Origin: a virus
Reading direction: 5' to 3' (one strand)
DNA length: 64,000 bases
Virus record (IMG/VR): IMGVR_UViG_3300045988_098382
Within the stretch, counting starts at the first letter, position 1. Each line of letters begins with the position of its first letter. Position numbers and translations under genes: made by a program. The notes beneath the pieces are model-generated. The model ran no database searches. It was not told the DNA's origin and saw only the letters and a list, made by a program, of their open reading frames with translations. Of the stretch, positions 58,857 to 64,000 are shown in pieces.

Positions 58857-59354
58857 TAATTAACTTAGATAACCAACTATAATGTTTTCTATGACTTAGA
58901 TAATCTAAATTACCCTAATTCTAATAAGCTTCTCTTTCAAAGGAGATATTTTTATAAGCTAATTTAGTATCTCTGTACATAATTAATCTAATTAAATATT
59001 CTATTATATACCATAAATAAAAACCTATCCACAATAGTTCCTATCCCTATTTAGTATGTATAGTCTCATGATTTATATCTATCTTATTTAGTATTCTTCT
59101 ACAGAATAGTATGCCAAATAAATTTATACATTTAAAACCTTTTGGAGGTAAGATATTATTAATTATTATTTTCATTGTCTAAGTAATCTAATATTTCAGT
59201 AATAGTATGAGATTCTATTAATAAATAGTTTTCATTTTCTAATTGATCCAAGAGACCTTTTCCAAGTGTGATATACATTTTTAAAACTTTAAATATTTAT
59301 TCCATAACTACTTATCTCTCTCATTTACGAAATCTAAAAATCTTTGTAATTCCT

Positions 59355-59875
59355 CAATCTTTTCTGTCAAAGTATATGTATCCATTATTATTTTTATTAG
59401 GTTTTAAATTAAATCCATTACCTTTAGTTTTAGTAACATACAATGTGGGAAGAACATTAGCCCCATCATAAACTATTTTAGTTCCACCATTATTATAATC
59501 ATAATCGGAGCCTAGATAGTCCATAGTATAATCTAAAGGTTTTCCACTATTAGGTTTTATATATTGATCTTTACTTAAATAATATATCTTATTATCTTTA
59601 CTCCAAGATTTATCTCCTAAATCTGGATAAGTTGCATGTGATTTAGTTTTATAAGTTCCTGAAGCTCCTTCATCAGAAAAATGTCCAGTAGGAATATGTT
59701 TACTCCAATTATGTGCTAAAATACTATTTAACTATAGCCAAGCTACTATAGGTTGGTCATTATAATATTTTCTATAATCATAATGATCTTTAGATAAATC
59801 TTGATTATTCCAGGCTTGAGACAACCACTTACTCCAAGTATTATAATTATATAAAGGCTATTTATTTTTTGTCAT
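59355..59875 (-). CDS. Recoded hypothetical protein (about 173 aa)
   Basis: MTKNK[TAG]PLYNYNTWSKWLSQAWNNQDLSKDHYDYRKYYNDQPIVAWL[TAG]LNSILAHNWSKHIPTGHFSDEG...ends TGA. Start overlaps the upstream stop (AAUGAC). Confidence 0.45.
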
Positions 59876-60662
59876 TATATGTAGATATTCCAAATTTAAT
59901 AAAATCCCCAACATTTCCAGTAAGTCCTAGCATATCTAAAACTAAATCAATTTTAGGATTATGAAATCTAGTTACATCAGAAGCTCCTAAAGTTCCAGCT
60001 ACTCCTAATGTTCCACTAGTAGCATTCCAGGTAGTTTCAAAAGTATTGTTATTTTTAATAGCATCATAAGTCTAATAGCCATCTATTAAAGTACCTCCAA
60101 CCTACATAGGTAATTGGGCTTTCTAAAGAAAATTTGCTACAGCTCTTTTAGTAGCAGAAGTAGCTGTTTCCCATTTTCTCCAATTAGAATAGGCTCCTAA
60201 TATAGAACCTCCTGACAAACCTAATTCTATAGCAGTTAAAGTAGCATCAAGACCATTTTTATAATCTTTCCATTTATCTAATTTTTTTTGTATTTGATTT
60301 TTAATAGCTTGTTCTACTTTAATAGACTAAGAAGTATTTATATCAGCTTGCATTGCATTCTAAATAAAATTAGCTTTTTGCTAAAGATTATTATTAGTAT
60401 TAGGAGTAACTTTTATATTAGAAAATAACTAAGAATCTTTGTTCTAATTTTTTTTCATTCTAAGCTATCCTTCTTTACTATTTATATACTTTTCTCTATT
60501 TTTTATATTTAACTATTTTGTTTTTAACTATTCCTATTTAATACTATCTATATTTTCCTTAGACTATCTAGCTATTCTATCCTAGTAATCTTCTTCTGAT
60601 TCCCAACTTTTCTTTTTTAATGTAGGAGTTGCTCTTACAGGAACTACATTACCACGTTGATA
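59862..60662 (-). CDS. Recoded hypothetical protein (about 266 aa, more than 25 TAG codons), Gln/Lys-rich N-terminus and Gly-rich hydrophobic C-terminus
   Basis: MLKLIPKYQRGNVVPVRATPTLKKKSWESEEDY[TAG]DRIAR[TAG]SKENIDSIK[TAG]... start codon nested in the SLT stop (AAUGCUUAA). Confidence 0.5.
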
Positions 60663-61338
60663 TTTAGGAATTAATTTAAGCATTTCTAAATTTATTTATA
60701 TATTTTGCAACATTAGTACCATTAGCATCAGATCCTCCTGTAATACCATACTTATAATAATTTTTAGCCCATGTTGGATTTAGCCATGATGCTGCTATAG
60801 CTTCTCCAGTAACTGTTATACCATTATTTCTTAAAAATCTTGCATTATCATCATATAATTGTGAAGCAGCTAATACTTGTGCATCAGGGCTATTTTTAAA
60901 TTGTTCTCTAGATAAATTAGAATAACTTTTTCTAGTACTATCTATAAACTAAAAATATCCAGCAGCAGAACTATTTTTAGACTAAGCTTTAGGGTTAAAT
61001 CTTGATTCTAAAGAAGCTATCTTCATTAAAGTAGTTTTCTTGTTTCCAGTGATACCATATTTATCTAAAGTCTACTCTAGTATCTACTTATTTTTACTAG
61101 GAGTATTATGATTTAATTTAAGCTAGGTATATTTATATTGTACAGGCTCTTTAGCTTTGTTAATAGAAAAATATCCATCTAAATTTAAACCATTAATATG
61201 AAAATCTCCAGTATTTAATTCAGGAATAAACTAATATTGCCTAGGAGTAAAATCTAAATCTAAGCCTTTACTTTTTAGTACTTCTGTAGCAGGTTTATCA
61301 GGAATATCTAAAGCTTCATATTTAAAATATTCACTCAT
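60655..61338 (-). CDS. Lytic transglycosylase (SLT domain, family-1 lysozyme-like) encoded with 7 in-frame TAG codons
   Basis: ...MKIASLESRFNPKA[TAG]SKNSSAAGYF[TAG]FIDSTRKSYS... matches the SLT consensus E-S-x-F-N-P-x-A-x-S-x-x-G-A-x-G-L-M-Q-(F/L). The invariant Gln of GLMQ is supplied by a TAG codon. ATGA overlap with the upstream HNH gene. Stop TAA. Confidence 0.75.
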
Positions 61339-61580
61339 AATTTTATTAAACCATTATGTATTTTAGAATGACAATTTTTACAAACACAAACTGTTTGAGA
61401 TAATTCTTTAATAAATAAATCTGTAGGTATGTGACTTACAGCTTGTGATATATTAAATAATTTTTCTCCAATATGATGAAATTCTAAACAACATTTAGCT
61501 GATTCACCACATACTATACATTGTGTTTTATGTTCATTTAAAATCTTTTTATTTTCTTTATAATATTTATTCTTACGCAT
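61335..61580 (-). CDS. Small HNH endonuclease
   Basis: CIVCGESAKCCLEFHHIGEKLFN...CVCKNCHSKIHNG: CxxC + HH...N + CxxCH..H HNH/Zn motif. Standard-code ORF. Confidence 0.6.
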   Translation of the reverse strand: MRKNKYYKENKKILNEHKTQCIVCGESAKCCLEFHHIGEKLFNISQAVSHIPTDLFIKELSQTVCVCKNCHSKIHNGLIKL

Positions 61581-62338
61581 AATTAGAATAATTATTAGGC
61601 TAATTAAAATTAACTAGAGCTAGAGGTCCTAATCCTTGAGTAGCTCTATAATAATTAATTCTTTTCTTCACTCCAGGTCTTGTAAGTAATAAATCTTTTT
61701 TATAGCCATTATAACCTTTTTCGGAGTTATACATATACTTAACATTTTTTTGTATTCCGTTATAATACTACTAAAAATTCTAAGCTTTAAGCGAATCTGG
61801 ATACATTCTACTATGCCAATCAATTAAATGCTATGCAAAAGATTGTGCATTAGGATATTTTTTATTATCTCCAGTAGCAAATCCAGTCCAACCTTTTTCT
61901 GCAACCTTTTGATTAGTTAAATCTAAAGCTGCTTGTGGAGTAACTCCTTTATCTACTAAAGCTTGATATATCTAAGTTACATTGTCATATTGACTTTTAG
62001 TTCCAGGTATCTTACCTGCTAACTACATTTTAAGAATAGTACCTCCATTAGCATGTTTCCATTTAGCAGCATTTCTAGCAAAATTAGCTCGACGTTTTTG
62101 TAAAGGAGTAGCATTAGGATTACTTAATACAGATCTAGCATGTTCCTATACAGATTCTCCAGCTGCTTTAGCTGATGCAGTAAACTTACCCTTATTTTTA
62201 TCTTTTATATGGATAGTATTTTTTCTATCTTTTATCTATCCGCCTTTCTTTAGTTTATTTATAAAACTAAACTGATTTTTAATCTTAAAATCCTAATAGG
62301 CAGAATAAATTCTTTCTTGTAATTCAGAATTAGTCATA
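61571..62338 (-). CDS. Recoded hypothetical protein (about 255 aa, 10 in-frame TAG codons)
   Basis: MTNSELQERIYSAY[TAG]DFKIKN...GESV[TAG]EHARSVLSNPNATPLQKRRANFARNAAKWKHANGGTILKM[TAG]LAGKIPG... ends TAA. No TGA/TAA in frame. Confidence 0.55.
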
Positions 62339-62473
62339 ATGTAATAAATAAGATTAAAATACTTTTGAATATAAATAACCTATATATATACTTAAATAGT
62401 ACAAAATAATAATAACTTTACCTATTAAATATAATAATAATGTTATTATAGATAACATATATATAAATATTAC

Positions 62474-63194
62474 TTATAGTAATATGAAAAAAATTATAAT
62501 GGTTATTTTAGATTATTTAAAAAAATTATGGAATTTTATTTCCAATTTAACTTCAGAAACTAAAACTATAATTATTTTTGTGTTATTAATATTTATACTA
62601 AATCCAATTCCTAGAAGTTATTACGAAGAAACTCTTTCTAATGTTATGAAAAAATAGAAAGAAGAATTACGTAAAGAAGAAGATAATGGATTTAAACAAG
62701 CTCCTTATATAGCTTAGTGTATTGATAATATAAAAATAAAAGATCCTGATTGTAGTAATGTTTTGCTGTTAAGTTATCACAATACTAAACATAGCTTACA
62801 GGGTTTTAGTTATATTTATTTAGATTGTATAAGAGAAAGTGTAAAATCATATTCTGATGAATATGTTGGAGATTATTGGCAGACTTTATAGTATACTAAT
62901 TATCAAGAAGAATTAAGTAAAATTGATGATACTGCTTATTTAAGAGTTGATAGTCTTTCTCAAATTAGAAACACTTTCCCTAGATTATATAAAAAGTTAG
63001 AATAGAGTGGAGCATATTCAGCTGCTTTCTATCCTATAGAAGGAATTAGAAATCCTATAGGAATAATAGTAGTTTTATATAAATAGCCTAAGAAATATAA
63101 GTTAGGTTATTATAATACAGTTATTTCTCCACAAATTCAACGATTATCTACAATACTTGATGATACTGTAAATGACAATGACAATGAAGATTGA
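62474..63194 (+). CDS. Recoded hypothetical protein (about 240 aa, 5 in-frame TAG codons), plus strand
   Basis: MKKIIMVILDYLKKLWNFISNL...VMKK[TAG]KEELRKEEDNGFKQAPYIA[TAG]CIDNIK...ends TGA. Confidence 0.55.
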
Positions 63195-64000
63195 TAAAGA
63201 AAATGATGGAGTAGCTTTCAATGATTCTACTCATGTTTATTGGGATATTAATAATCCAAAGAAAGAATACATTTCAGTAACTACTTTAATAGGAAGTTAT
63301 GCACAACCTTTTGATTCAGATTTTTGGTCTAAGTATAAAGCTTTAGAAAAAATTCTAGATACAGATGTATGGAAAGATTTAAAAAAGACTTTACTTAACA
63401 CACATAGAATTACTGAAGAAATTTTAGAGGCTTATTCTGTAGACATTAATGATCTTAATAAGGAACAACAGAATATTCTTGATGAATGGGAAGCTAATAA
63501 AATAGAATCTTGTGAAAGAGGAACAAAAATTCATTCTCAATTAGAACATTCTTTTTATAATATGAAAGATGATAAACCTTTACAAAAATTTGGATTAGGA
63601 GGTAAATTTATATGTAAAGAAGGATATACTAAATTAGATTTAGAAAATGGTGTATATCCTGAGTATTTAATTTCCTGGTCTACTCCTGATAATATTCTAA
63701 ACTTAGCAGGACAAATTGATTTAATGGTTAAATATGGTAATGAAGTTACTATTGTAGACCATAAAACTAATAAAAAAATAGACTTAAAAGGAGGATTTAA
63801 TGCAGCTACTAGAGGTACTACTAAAATGCAATACCCTTTAAATACTATTGAGGATTGTAATTATGGTCATTATGAGATGCAACTTTCTACTTATGCATTT
63901 ATGCTTCAGCAAAGACATCCAGAGTATGTGATTAAAGATTTAATTCTTAATCATTATGATCATAATATGAAAAATACTCTATATCATTGTATTTATCGAA
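63181..64000 (+). CDS. Partial PD-(D/E)xK nuclease (YqaJ/lambda-exonuclease-like), continues beyond the window
   Basis: MTMKIDKENDGVAFNDSTHVYWDIN...ISVTTLIGSYAQPFD...QIDLMVKYGNEVTIVDHKTNKK (D...E/D-x-K). No TAG in the visible 270 codons. Confidence 0.5.

Noticed and set aside
54678-63194. Possibility that TGA or TAA are also reassigned (code 4 or code 6-like)
   Set aside because: Every hand-translated recoded gene runs to a TAA or TGA that coincides with the next gene's start region. No in-frame TGA/TAA had to be read through. Only TAG needs reassignment.

Overview
AT-rich (~28-30% GC) segment of a large tailed phage, probably infecting a Bacteroidota host. The host guess rests on -33 TTTG / -7 TAnnTTTG-like promoters, SD-less starts, LxxC lipoboxes and a tmRNA tag ending AYQAAA. 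Nearly everything from 0.6 to 52.5 kb is on the minus strand. It reads as an early/middle block: NrdD, a metallophosphoesterase, a PD-(D/E)xK nuclease, dNMP nucleotidase, primase, DnaB-like and SF2 helicases, RNase H, a Prs-like + macro + NAMPT-like NAD module, flotillin + AAA+ proteins, and many small ORFans. There are two tRNA arrays at 26.6-27.9 kb and 39.7-44.6 kb, all minus strand, plus a tmRNA at about 35.05-35.38 kb. A short plus-strand island (52.9-54.4 kb) carries a GIY-YIG endonuclease and a tRNA with anticodon CUA, an amber suppressor. The six-frame track shows almost no ORFs from 54.7 to 63.2 kb. Hand translation shows this is because the genes there are full of in-frame TAG codons that read as sense, very likely Gln. 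A TAG sits at the invariant Gln of a lytic-transglycosylase motif, and an HNH endonuclease inside the tRNA array also needs TAG read-through. This is amber stop-codon reassignment confined to a late/lysis/structural block. It is served by a phage-encoded suppressor tRNA and sits alongside a phage tmRNA and a noncanonical tRNA set. Coordinates of the recoded genes are hand-derived and approximate (about 3-30 nt).
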